Source: Chiloscyllium plagiosum (lineage: Eukaryota). Taken from it: 64,000 nucleotides of DNA. Made by a program: the position numbers and the translations under genes. This document shows positions 11,561 through 24,051 of this stretch, piece after piece. Location: the NCBI RefSeq assembly GCF_004010195.1, contig NC_057717.1, positions 106,391,127 through 106,455,126 of the forward strand, read 5' to 3'. Numbering within the stretch: position 1 is the stretch's first letter; every line of letters begins with the position of its first letter. The notes below the pieces were generated by a model. It had not been told where the DNA came from. It saw only the letters and a program-made list of their open reading frames with translations, and did not search any database.

Positions 11561-13838
11561 ATCACAGTACATTTCATGACGTTCCACCGGATGATCTGCT
11601 TTTATGTTCAGACTGATTGTATTCCTCAGTACACCAGGGAGAACTTGTCTGCTCTTTTTCAGAATTGAGCCACGGAATCTTTTACATCCACCTGAAAGAA
11701 GAGACAGAGCATCTATTTAACAACTCGCCCAAAATACGGCAACATTGGCAATCTGACCCTCCTCACTACTGTATCAGAGTTTTATATGCTCAAAATCTGA
11801 AAAGAATTTCAATCCACCGCCTTAACAAAGAAGCAAGCATGCTGGAAAGTGACAAAGTTTGATCAACATTTATAGGCAAAGAGACTGGGAAGGACTTCCA
11901 GAGGTCAGGGCCTAGGCTGCTGAAGACAAAGTTGCGATTGATCTAAGGACAATGAAAATCAGGACGCTCATCATACCGGAATTGAAGAAGTATATAATTC
12001 TTGGAAGTTTACAGGGCGGAGGGAGTTTATGGAGATACAGAGAGGAAAGGCATGGAGGCATTTAAACATGATGTGAATTTTAAAATTGAGACTTCACATC
12101 TCGTCTTCATTTCATACATTTGGAAAACTATAGATTACAAAGATAATATTTATCTTACTAAAGCAAACGGTCACAACAGGAATTTATTTTACAGAATAAA
12201 CAAATCTTGTATCTGGCCTTCGTGTCAGTTCGTGGGGAAGAAAGTTGTTCTCATAAAGCTTTGATGATATCAATCTAGTTACCAGAGCTCAGGTGACAAT
12301 CCAGATTTTGAAAAAAATAAAAGAAAATGATCCATACAACATTTCAAAAGCAATCTAAAATGTTGAGAAATGTGCGGAACAAATTGTCATTACAAATATT
12401 ACAATAATAACTGCAAACAATTTTAGTATTGCAATGAGCTGCACTTGTTGGATACAATATCAACTACAGGATCATCGGAATTTCTCTTCAGAACATATCT
12501 CATACTAGTTTGTAATTGTTGTTGTACTACCAAGTTATGGATGATGTTTCTTAAAAGGAACTCCATTCTGATCATTTCCACTGGGGACTTGTGCATTGTT
12601 GTTGGGTTTTGCTTTGTCTAATTTATACTGTCCTCTTTTATGGGCACTGCATTTCCAGTACAAGGCCATCACAGCAATTACCATCTATACTGCTATTCCT
12701 GCAGTCACTAGTATTATCCATCTTAAATCTATGAAAACAAAGAAAGAAAAGATACACAAATCACCAACAGTGCAAGGATATATATTAAATGCAAAATGCC
12801 TGAATATTTCTGAAATCTGCGGACAATAAACACAGATGGAATGCGCCGCGCCGTGTGCTTTATTCAGCTCTTTCATGGCTGCTTTCCTGCTTGTATTCTT
12901 CACCTTCTTTCTTTCTTCCCACATCACACCCCACTCCTTGGCAGTCTGCCCTCAACTCACTGTCAATTCCCTATTTACATTCCGCATGAATTTCACACTG
13001 GTAAGTAAATTTAATGTAATGTTCCATACATATTGATATCAAGATTTATTTTAAGCTGGGTCCAGAATTTTAAGAATTCATAATTCCGATCTCTTACATT
13101 GCTAATAACACAATTAAATCTCCTGTCTTTCTTCTAATTTTCAACCCTAATATTCATTTGTATTTTCCCCAAGACACTGATTTGAGCTGCTGTGTTTGCA
13201 GTACCTCCTTGTACTTTTTCACTGCTTTTCCCTGTTGCTCCCATCACAATAAGAAGTGAAGCCCAGAGACATGTGCTGCACTCACTGATCTGCCAAAACT
13301 CTGCTCCATGGAGTCACAATGTTTGGATTCACAGCCATGAAGTGTCCCACTCCTCCTACCTTGGAGTTATTCCCCAGGCAGGTGGGGCAAACACAGAGCA
13401 GGAGGATGGTGCTTCTACACACAAAGAGGAATACATGCAAGAGACTCTCACTCTGAACCACCCGTACCCAATGTACCAGAGGCCAGTTACAGAGCAGCAT
13501 TGTTAGAGGCAGGCAACAGTTTATCCATTGTCCCATTGTCAGGAAGGGTGCAGTAAAACAGGAGCCCACACTAATAATACCAACTGACCTTTGACCCTGA
13601 TGTCCACTTGCGTCTCATCAATTCCATATTGATTGGTAGCTCTGCATTTATAAATTCCCCCTGATATTTTGCAGTTATATGGGGAGTATGCAGAAATCCA
13701 GAGGGATTAGTTTCAATGCTGTTCCTGAGGTTTACCCACTCTAATGTAGGTGAGGGTCTTCCATTGGAATTTCAGTTGAATGTAATTTCATCATCCTTAG
13801 TGACTTTTACTGGAAAGTCTGACATGGTTTTGTTATCT

Positions 13839-14859
13839 AGGTAAAAACGAGGACTGCAGATTCTGGAAACCTGAGTCTGGATTAGAGTGGTGCCGGAAAA
13901 GCACAGCAGGTCAGGCAGCATCCAAGGAGCACGAAAATCGACGTTTCAGGAAAAGAGGCAGGGAGCCTGCAGGGTGGAGAGATAAATGAGAGGGGTTTGG
14001 GGATGGCGGTGATAGGTCAGAGAGGAGGGTGGGGGGAGGTAGCAAAGAGTACCATGGGTGAATGGGGGTGGGGATGGAGGTGATAAGTCAGCAAGGAGGN
14101 NNNNNNNNNNNNNNNNNNNNNNNNNNNNNNNNNNNNNNNNNNNNNNNNNNNNNNNNNNNNNNNNNNNNNNNNNNNNNNNNNNNNNNNNNNNNNNNNNNNN
14201 NNNNNNNNNNNNNNNNNNNNNNNNNNNNNNNNNNNNNNNNNNNNNNNNNNNNNNNNNNNNNNNNNNNNNNNNNNNNNNNNNNNNNNNNNNNNNNNNNNNN
14301 NNNNNNNNNNNNNNNNNNNNNNNNNNNNNNNNNNNNNNNNNNNNNNNNNNNNNNNNNNNNNNNNNNNNNNNNNNNNNNNNNNNNNNNNNNNNNNNNNNNN
14401 NNNNNNNNNNNNNNNNNNNNNNNNNNNNNNNNNNNNNNNNNNNNNNNNNNNNNNNNNNNNNNNNNNNNNNNNNNNNNNNNNNNNNNNNNNNNNNNNNNNN
14501 NNNNNNNNNNNNNNNNNNNNNNNNNNNNNNNNNNNNNNNNNNNNNNNNNNNNNNNNNNNNNNNNNNNNNNNNNNNNNNNNNNNNNNNNNNNNNNNNNCTC
14601 ATGACCTGTCCTACTTGCCTATCTTCCTTCCCACCTATCCACTCCAACCTCCTCTCTGACCTATCACCTTCATCCCGACTCCCTTTCACCTATTGTACAC
14701 TATGCTACTTTCTCCCCACCCCAACCCCCTCTCATTTATCTCTCCACCCTGCAGGCTTCCTGCCTCTATTCCTGATGTAAGGCTTTTGCCCGAAATGTCG
14801 ATTTTCCTGCTCCTTGGATGCTGCCTGACCTGCTGTGCTTTTCCAACACTACTCTAATC
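13839..14859. mobile_element. Penelope-derived insertion (inverted termini, internal N-gap) splitting the D6 exon of pseudogene C
   Basis: PLE termini in opposite orientation; flanked by catggttttgttatct at 13823-13838 and 14860-14875. Confidence 0.8.
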
Positions 14860-15074
14860 CATGGTTTTGTTATCTTCTGAGATGGTTGTGATTGTGGCTT
14901 GTGGTTTATCTGGAAGAGAGAAGAAAAATCACTGATACAGCTCCCCAACACGGCTCCAATTAACAGGATGCCCAAACTTAGTTACATATTGTGCTGGCAT
15001 CTATCTTCCAACAATCATTTCAGAACAGGTGAATCTCCGCAGTCGTGTTACAGCCTTGAACCTGCTCATAGTCA

Positions 15075-18000
15075 GAAGAACAGACAAAGGAAGCACATGG
15101 TGAGGACAGTGCAGGGGAGAGAGAGAGAGAGAGAAAACCTGCACAGTTACTGCCTTTGCTGTTTTTGAATTCATGTGTCGCTGGACATCGGAGTGCATCT
15201 GGGAAAATTAACAAACAGTGAATTTCACAACTAATCTTGGAGGAACCGGTTTGGGCGAAGTTCACAGCACAGAATCACATAAGTTAATTGTTGTTTTAAG
15301 TCTGTCCAAGAGAAAGGCTGTATTAGTGAGTACAATGGGTTCTTTCTTGATTATATGTTTTTGGAGGTAAATCTCTTGATTAAACTTAAAATATAAGCCA
15401 TGGCTATTAATTTAACCTGGTGCAGTGTTTTGTAGAGGAATAAGACGGTGTTATTTTCTGGGTCTGTAGATTATGAAGGAGCAAAAATGGCCTTTGCAGT
15501 CACATGTACTTCTTGTAAGATGTGGGTATTTAAAGAGAGTTTAAGGGTTACTGCGGATTATATCTGCCATAAATGCTGATGGATGCGAATCTTATCAGAT
15601 CGAGTGGATCGGTTGGAGAGACAGATAGAAGCGATGAGGAATTTGCAACAGCAACAGTATGTGATGGATGGCAGTTATAAGAAAGGGGGAAAGTCTCAGA
15701 TACAGTCACATTGATGGGTTAACTCCAGGAAGGATAAGAAAGGTAGGCACCTAGGGCAGGAGTCTTTTGTGGATATACCGATTTCAAACAGGTATGCTTT
15801 TTTGGGAAATGTAGGGGGTGATGGATTCTCAGGGGAACGTAGCACGAACAGCCAAGTTTCTGGTATTGAGACTGGCACTAATGCAACGAGGGGTACGTCG
15901 GCTTCCAAAAGATCCATTGTGTTAGGGGATTCTGTAGTCAGAGGTACAGACGGAAATTTCTGTGGCCAGCAGAGAAAAGCAGAATGGTGTGTTGTTTCCC
16001 TGATGCCAGGATCAAGGAGTCTCAGAGAGGGTGCAGAATGTTCTGACAGGGGAGAGGGGCCAGCAAGAGGTCATTGTCCACATTGGAACCAACGATATAG
16101 GAAGCAAAAAGGTAGAGATTCTGAAGGGAGATTGCAGAGAGTTAGGCAGAAATTTAAAAAGGAGGTCCTCAAGGGTAGCAATATCTGGATTACTCCCAGT
16201 GCTAGGAGCTAGTGAGGGCAGGAATAGGAGGATAGAGCATATGATGAGCTGGTGTATGGGAGAAGGATTCACGTGTTTGGATCATTGGAATCTCTTTTGG
16301 GGTAGAAGTGACCTGTACAAGAAGGACGGATTGCATCTAAATTGGAAGGGGATTAATATACTGGCAGGGAAATTTGCAAGAACTACTTGGGAGGATTTAA
16401 ACTAGTAAGGTGGTGAGGTGGGACCCAGGGAGATAGTGAGGAAAGAGGTCAATCTGAGACTGTATAGTTGAGAACAGAAGTGAGTCAAACAGTCAGGGCA
16501 GGCAGGGACAAGGTAGGACTAATAAATTAAACTGCATTCATTTCAATGCAAAGGGCCTAACAGGGAAGGCAGATGAACTCAGGGCATGGTTAAGAACTTG
16601 GGATTGGGATATTATAGCAATTACAGAAACATGGCTCAGGGATGGGCAAGACTGGCAGCTTAATGTTTCAGGATACAAACGCTACAGGAAGGATAGAAAG
16701 GGAGGCAAGAGAGAAGAGGGAGTGGCATTTTTGATAAGGGATAGCATTACAGCTGTGCTNNNNNNNNNNNNNNNNNNNNNNNNNNNNNNNNNNNNNNNNN
16801 NNNNNNNNNNNNNNNNNNNNNNNNNNNNNNNNNNNNNNNNNNNNNNNNNNNNNNNNNNNNNNNNNNNNNNNNNNNNNNNNNNNNNNNNNNNNNNNNNNNN
16901 NNNNNNNNNNNNNNNNNNNNNNNNNNNNNNNNNNNNNNNNNNNNNNNNNNNNNNNNNNNNNNNNNNNNNNNNNNNNNNNNNNNNNNNNNNNNNNNNNNNN
17001 NNNNNNNNNNNNNNNNNNNNNNNNNNNNNNNNNNNNNNNNNNNNNNNNNNNNNNNNNNNNNNNNNNNNNNNNNNNNNNNNNNNNNNNNNNNNNNNNAAGG
17101 AAGCATATGTCAGGTATAGACAGGATAGATCGAGTGAATCCTTAGAAGAGTATAAAGGAAGTAGGAGTATACTTAAGAGGGAAATCAGGAGGGCAAAAAG
17201 GGGACATGAGATAGCGTTGGCAAATAGAATTAAGGAGAATCCAAAGGGTTTTTACAAATATATTAAGGACAAAAGGGTAACTAGGGAGAGAACAACACAA
17301 CAAGCAGGTAGCAACTGTGATGAAGTGCACTGAGCAGGGTCGTTGAAGAGACCCTTTCAAAGGAAAGGGTGCCTTTGCAGGAAGGACGCTTCGAGGGAAG
17401 AAGAATCAAATAGACAAAGGATTTCCCCAACCAGATGTAAACCACAGGCTTAAATCCACATAAAAAATGTGGGCGGCACGGTGGCACAGTGATTAGCACT
17501 GCTGCCTCACAGTGCCAGAGACCCGGGTTCAATTCCCGCCTCAGGTGGCTGACTGTGTGGAGTTTGCACGTTCTCCCCGTGTCTGCATGGGTTTCCTGCG
17601 GGTGCTCCGGTTTCCTCCCACAGTCCAAAGACGTGCAGGTAAGGTGAATTGGCCATGCTAAATTGCCCGAAGTGTTAGGTAAGGGGTAAATGTAGGGGTA
17701 GGGTGGGTGGCGCTTCGGCGGGTCGGTGTGGACTTGTTGGGCCGAAGGGCCTGTTTCCACACTGTAATGTAATCTAATCTAATCTAATAAAAAAAGAATA
17801 GGACCCCTCAAAGATCAGCAAGGCGGCCTTTATGTGGAGCCACAGAAAATGGAGGAGAAACTGAATGAATATTTTGCATCAGTATTTACTGTGGAAAAGG
17901 ATATGAAAGATATAGACCACAGGGAAATAGATGGTGACATCTTGCAAAATGTCCAGATTACGAAGGAGGAAGTGCTGGATGTCTTGAAACGATTAAAGGT

Positions 18001-19737
18001 GGATTAATCCCCAGGACCTGATCAGGTGTACCCGAGAACTCTGTGGGAAGCTAGAGAAGTGATTACTGGGCTATTTGCTAAGATATTTGTATCATCGATA
18101 ATCACAGGTGAAGTGCTGGAAGACTGGAGGTTGGCAAACGTGGTGCCATTCTTTAAGAAGGGCGGTAAAGACAAGCCAGGGAACTATAGACAGGTGAGCC
18201 TGACCTCAGTGGTTGTCAAGTTGTTGGAGAGAATCCTGAGGGACAGGATGTACATGTATTCGGGAAGTCAAGGACTGATTACAGATAGTCAACATGGCTT
18301 TGTGTGTGGGAAACCATGTCTCACAAACTTGGTTGTGTTTTGAAGAAGTAACAAAGAGGATTGATGAGGGCAGAGCGGTAGATGTGATCTATATGGACTT
18401 CAGTAAGGCGTTCGACAAGGTTCCCCATGGGAGATTGATTATAAAGGTTAGATCTCATGGAATACAAGGAGAACTAGCTGTTTGGATACAGAACTGGCTC
18501 AAAGGAAGAAGACAGAGGATGGTGGTGGAGGGTTGTTTTTCAGACTGGAGGCCTGTGACCAGTGGAGTGCCACAAGGAGCGGTGCTGTGCCCTCTACTTT
18601 TTGTCATTTACATAAATGATTTGGATGCAAGCATAAGATGTGTAGTTAGTAAGTTTGTAGATGACACCGAAATTGGAAGTATAGTGGATAGCGAAGTGGG
18701 TTACTTCAGATTACAACAGGATCTGGACCAGATGGGCTGAGAAGTGGCAGATGGAGTTTAATTCAGATAAATGTGAGGTGCTGCAAATTGGGAAAGCAAA
18801 TCTTAGCAGGACTTATATACTTAATGGTAAGGTCCGAGGAAGTGTTGCTGAAAAAAGGGACCTTAGAGTGCGGGTTCATAGCTCCTTGAAAGTGGAGTTG
18901 CAGGTAGACAGGATAGTGAAGAAGGCGTTTGGTATGCTTTCCTTTATTGGTCAGAGTATTGAGTACAGGAGTTGGGAGGTCATGTTGCGGCTGTACAGGA
19001 CATTGGTTAGGCCACTATTGGAATATTGCGTGCAGTTCTGGTCTCCTTCCTATCGGAAAGATGTTGTGAAACTTGAAAGGGTTCCTGGATGTTGCCAGGG
19101 TTGGAGGATTTGAGCTATAGGGAGAGGCTGAACAGGCTGGGGTTGTTTGCCCTGGAGCATCGGAGGCTGAGGGGTGACCTTGTGGAGGTTTACAAAGTTA
19201 TGAGGGGCATGGATAGGATAAATAGACAAAGTCTTTTCCCTGGGGTCTGGGAGTCCAGAACTTGAGGGCATAGTTTGTGAGAAGATTTGTAGCTCAGGTG
19301 CTCGCTGTTGTGGTTCTGTTCGCCGAGCTGGGAATTTATGTTGCAGATGTTTCATCCCCTGACTCGGTGACATCCTCAGTGCTTGGGAGCCTCCTGTGAA
19401 GCCCTTCTGTGATCTTTCCTCCGGCATTTATAGTGGTTTGAATCTGCCGCTTCCGGTTGTCAGTTCCAGCTGTCCGTTGCAGTGGTCGGTATATTGGGTC
19501 CACTCATCCACAGATTCAATCAATAAGCACATCAACCTGGAGCTGCCAGAGGATGTGGCGAAAGCTGCAACATTTAAGAGGCATTTGGATGGGTATATGA
19601 ATAGGAAGGGTTTGGAGGGATATGGGCCGGGTGCTGGCAGGTGGGACTAGATTGGGTTGGGATATCTGGGTCGGCATGGACGAGTTGGACCGAAGGATCT
19701 GTTTCCGTGTTGTACATCTCTTTGACTCTATGACTCT
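15075..19737 (+). mobile_element. Near full-length CR1 LINE (ORF1 zinc finger/esterase; ORF2 APE + RT), disrupted, with nested inserts
   Basis: IVLGDSVVRG, VHIGTND, DGLHLN (SGNH esterase); YMDFSKAFDKV, GVPQG, KFVDDT; tail gactctatgactctat. The empty site is visible in gene D at ~23640. Confidence 0.95.
17470..17790 (+). mobile_element. HE1-type V-SINE
   Basis: tRNA head ggcacggtggcacagtg...gggttcaattcc, V domain tgtgtggagtttgcacgttctccccgtgtctgc...ggtttcctcccacagtccaaaga, (aatct)n tail. Confidence 0.92.
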
Positions 19738-20364
19738 ATCTGTTATTTTGTACAGTTACAGTGAAATGTAGTCATTGTGTTAATTCACATTACAGCCACA
19801 GGGTTTGAAAATTTTAATTCAGCATTACAGCAACTGGATCTGATGGTCTAAGGATATTACACAGTGTTCCCAGTGGTCAGATTATAGGTAGATTCAAAGA
19901 TTCAATTTCCTGTAATCTGTTGCTCACACAAAATAGTTGCATTTAGAGACGAGGTTTTAGATCAGTGCTCATTTTTGACCATGCACACGTACAGTCCCCC
20001 ACGCTGCATTTGAACAGATGGGTTGGAGTATCTTTCCACTTTTCATGTTTTAATCTTTGATCCAGACTCTCTGATTTCTTGCCAATGACATGTTAAATTC
20101 TGTGATTTCTCCTTGAACTTTAAAGATCTCTGCTCTTACATTCTGTTAGGTTCATTCCAGTCAAAAAGTAAATCATGATACTGAACGACTCAAAGTTCAA
20201 ATATTCTTTAAATTCTTCAGCAAATTCTTTCCAGTGCTCTCCAGATTTCAATGTTTAGAATAAAACTGGCTTTTATTTTAAAAAGCATTGTTAGTATCAA
20301 ACAGGCCAAATAAAACACAAGATAAAAGGTGAAATAATTTTCCCTGAATACTCTGACAAAAAGC

Positions 20365-21055
20365 TAAAAATCACACAACACCAGATTATAGTCCAACAGG
20401 CTTATTTGGAAGTACTAGCTTTCAGAGCGCTGCTTCTTCATCAGGTGACTTCTTTCAGATCACATTCCCGAGATAAATTAAGGTTTTATAAAGAAAAAGG
20501 TGACATCTCAGCTCAGACAATACATTAAAGGTGTGAGGTTAGAGTCTGTATGCATTCCAATCTTGAGTCAGACTGGTTCTGTTTCCAAAATTTGCAGAAT
20601 TGCATTTGCAGATACATTCTATATTATTCAAAAAGCACACACTGTGTAGGCAGTCAATGTTTTTTATAATCCATGTGACATCTTACAAATTCCTACTTTG
20701 GAAATAGAACCAGTCAGGCTCAAGATTGAAATACATACAGACTCTAACCTCATACCTTATGATGTCACCGTTTTTTTATAAAACCTTGAATTATTTCGGG
20801 AGTGTAACTTGAAAGAAATTCTGGGATTTAGATATTAACAAATTGAAACCTGCAATCCATTCTACAAGATGAAAGGCTTAACAGTAATCTAGGTTTATTC
20901 AATATATTGCATTAGTGAATGACACTATGATGTTTTGCCATATACTGTGTCATATGATCCTACTCCACTAGCTACCTGAGAAGGGAGCAGTGCTCCAAAA
21001 TATTGTACTTGCAAACAAACCTGTCAGACTATAATGTGGTGCTGTGTGATTTTAA
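20365..21055. mobile_element. Penelope-derived ~690-bp inverted-repeat element (third PLE family)
   Basis: Arms ~20365-20590 and ~20695-21055 are reverse-complementary; hammerhead-like core on minus at 20415-20447 (CTGATGA...GAAAGCTA). Confidence 0.8.
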
Positions 21056-21198
21056 CCAAAGGAAATCACTTCCACCATCTTACTGAGAATCTCCTGCTTT
21101 GGCCAAATTCTGAATACAGCAGTTAATCAGAGAGTCTGGCTGCATCGGTGCAAATCACAGCTTCCATGGGTCTGTCAAGTTTATGTAGTTGTAAGCAC

Positions 21199-21269
21199 TG
21201 AGGAGAAAGTGAGGTCTGCAGATGCTGGAGATCAGAGATGGAAATGTGTTGCTGGAAAAGCGCAGCAGG
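21199..21269. mobile_element. 71-bp PLE terminal fragment flanked by a perfect 55-bp direct repeat
   Basis: 21144-21198 = 21270-21324. Confidence 0.9.
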
Positions 21270-22018
21270 ATCGGTGCAAATCACAGCTTCCATGGGTCTG
21301 TCAAGTTTATGTAGTTGTAAGCACAACCACTAACAACGAGGTGGAGAAAATCAGGATGAACAAGAACAGCACAGAGTTCAGGCTTGACGGTACACCTGGC
21401 TACAGCTGCATAATCCTTGAATTCCAATAATCTGAACCCTGTATTTACCCCTCTCAGGCATAACGAATTCCAAATATTCATGATCCTTGAGAAGTATTCC
21501 ATGCCCATCTGCATCTTAAATATGAAATCCCTTATTCTCACACAATGGTCCTTAATTATTGGTTGTATTAAGGTTTAAGACAGAGAAGATCAAAAGCATG
21601 GTGTCGTTGAAGCACATGGATGGAATTTTTAAATTAACGATGTTTCAAAGGTAGTTTCCATTTTATCATCTTATACAATATACGTCATAAAAAAACAATA
21701 TACAACCAAATCAACATAGCGCAGTCTTCATGTCAGCTCGTGAGAAAATAGTTATGTTTATGGAGCTCTGAAGTTAACAGAGATGAGTCTTTCCAAATGC
21801 CATAGTTCAGGTGACTATCTACTGTTTGTGAAGATCAAATTAAAAGTTTTACCACAGTAATTCAAAAATTGCCAAAAATATAGAAAGGATTGTCAGTAAC
21901 TAGTTGTCTTTACAGCTGGTATAGACTTCAACATGGCAATGAGTGGCACCCGTCAGTAACTACATGTACAACAGGACCACTGGAATATTTTGCAAAGTCA
22001 GGGCGTGTAACATCTTTA

Positions 22019-22254
22019 TCATTGGTTCAATCCATTTGTAAGTGTTTCACCATGATATGGGTCAAGATTCTTTAAAGGAACATTCTGCTGGTGTTCATGC
22101 CCATTGGGGATCTGTAGATTTTTGTTGGGTTTTGCATTCTGTACATTATAATGTCCTCTTTTATGGGCACTGCATTTCCAATACAAGGCCATCAGTGCAA
22201 TTATCAACAATACTGCTGCTATCACCACCACGACTGGTATTATCCATCTTAAAC
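22019..22254 (-). CDS. ICAM/VCAM-like gene D, terminal exon (transmembrane + cytoplasmic tail)
   Basis: Pyrimidine tract + catag|. GLRWIIPVVVVIAAVLLIIALMALYW (TM), then KCSAHKRGHYNV...GLNQ-stop; basic+Tyr juxtamembrane motif as in ICAM/VCAM tails. Confidence 0.92.
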
Positions 22255-23139
22255 CTATGAAAAGAAAGAAAGAAAAGATACACAAATCATCAACAGTCCA
22301 GGGAAATATATTGATTGCAACATGCCCGAGGATTTCCAAAATCTGTGGATTATAAACAAAGGGTATTTTCCGATGGAATGTCCTGTGTGCTTTATTCAGC
22401 TCTTTCATGGCTGTTTCCTGCTTGTATTCTTCACCTTCTTTCATTCTTCCCACATCACACACCACTCCTTGGCAGTCTGCCCTAAACTCACTGTCAATTC
22501 CCTATTTACATTCCGCAGGAATTTCACACTGGTAAGTAAATTTAATGTAATGTTCCACACGTGATGTCAAGATTTCATTTAAGGTGGTTCAGAATTTCCA
22601 GAAATCTTAATTATTCTCTGTCTCTTACATTGCGAATAGCATGATGAAATCTCCTGTCTATCTTTAAGTTTCCAACCCTAATATTCATTTGTATTTTCCC
22701 CGAGACACTGATTTGAGCTGCTGTGTTTGCAGTACCTCCAGCTTGTACTTTTTCACTGCTTTTCCCTGTTGCTCCCATCACAATGAGAAGTGAACCCCAG
22801 AGACATGTGCTGCACTCACTGATCTGCCAAAACTCTGCACCATGGAGTCGCAATGTGTGGATTCACAGCCATGAAGTGTCCCACTCCTCCTACCTTGGAG
22901 TTATTTCCCCAGGCAGGTGGGGCAAACACAGAGCAGGAGGACGGCGCTTCTACACACAAAGAGGAACACATGCAAGAGAGTCTCACTCTGAACCACCCGT
23001 ACCCAATGTACCAAAGGCCAGTTACAGAGCAGCATTGTTAGAGGCAGGCAACAGTTTATCCATTTGTCCCATTGTCAGGAAGGGTGCAGTAAAACAGGAG
23101 CCCAAACTAGTAATGACAATAGAAATATTAGATTCTGAC

Positions 23140-23448
23140 CTTTGACCCTGAGGTCCACTTCCTTCTCATCAACTCCATGTTGATTGGTAGCTCTACATTT
23201 ATAAATTCCTTGATGCTCTGAGGTTACGTACGGAATGTGCAGAAACCCAGAGGGACCAATCTCAATGTTGCTGCCGTTACAGGGGTTTACCCACTCTAAT
23301 GTAGGTGAGGGTCTTCCATTGGACTTACAGCTTATTGTAATTTCATCACCTTTAGTAACTTCTACTGGAATGCTTGACATGGTTGTGTTATTTCCTGATA
23401 TGGTTTTGTTATTTACCGATATGGTCATGATTGTGTCTCGTGGTTTAT
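23140..23448 (-). CDS. ICAM/VCAM-like gene D, Ig domain 6 exon
   Basis: cttccag| and |gtcaga; 309 nt, open. YKPRDT...ITISCKSNGRPSPTLEW...HQGIYKCRATNQHG...LRVK. Confidence 0.92.
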
Positions 23449-23805
23449 CTGGAAGAGAGAAGAAAAAGATGAAAATAGGCAGGTAGACCCACAGGATCAC
23501 TGATACAGCTCCCCAACAGGGCTTCAATTAACAGGATGTCCAAACCTCCCACATACCGTGCTGTCATCTATCTTCCAACAGTCATTTCAGAACAGGTGAA
23601 TCTCTGCAGTCGTGTTATAGCCTGGGACATACTTTCAGTCATCTGTTATTATGAGGTATATTCACAGTGAAATGCAGTCATTGTGTAAATACTAATTCAG
23701 GTTTACAGCTACTGGGTCTGACGGTCTAAGAATATCGCACTATGTTCACAGTGCCCAGAATAAAAGTAGAATCAAAGATTCAATTTCCTGGATTCTGATA
23801 CTCAC

Positions 23806-24051
23806 ACAAAATAGTTGCATTTAGAGATGAGGTTTTAGATCCGTGCTCATTTTTGACCGTGCACACGTACAGTCCCCCATGCTGCATTTGAACAGATGGG
23901 ATGTAGAGTATTTCTCTGCTTTCCATTCTCCCATCTTTGATCCAGACCCTCTGGGGATCTGGGTTCCCTTGCCCATGACATGTTAAATTCTGTGATACCC
24001 CTTCAATCCAGTTTTCTTGAGCTTTAAAGATCTCTGCTTTTGCTGGTGCAT
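23806..24051 (-). CDS. ICAM/VCAM-like gene D, Ig domain 5 exon
   Basis: ttttacag| and |gtgagt; 246 nt, open. YAP...NLTCHGQGNPDPQRVWIKDG...HGGLYVCTVKNEHGS. Confidence 0.92.

Larger units (their letters stand above)
12535..20142 (-). pseudogene. Pseudogene C: partial tandem duplicate of the 3' end of gene D (D5, D6, TM/cytoplasmic exons)
   Basis: Exon remnants 19928-20142 (deletions), 13589-14909 (Cys>TGA in ITFN*NSNGRP, frameshifts, split by an insertion) and 12535-12728 (TAG at 12685-12687 inside the TM). Introns align with 22255-24250. Confidence 0.9.

Noticed and set aside
13192-13506. Plus-strand ORFs shared by the C and D last introns (13192, 22723)
   Set aside because: The copies differ by frameshifting indels, so the conservation is not protein-coding.
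17470-17545. tRNA gene
   Set aside because: It is the tRNA-derived head of a V-SINE; the same applies to A/B boxes near 5130-5190, 25930 and 51230.
21144-21324. Repeat-spacer-repeat resembling a CRISPR unit
   Set aside because: Eukaryotic DNA, only two 55-bp repeats, the spacer is a PLE terminus, and there are no cas genes.
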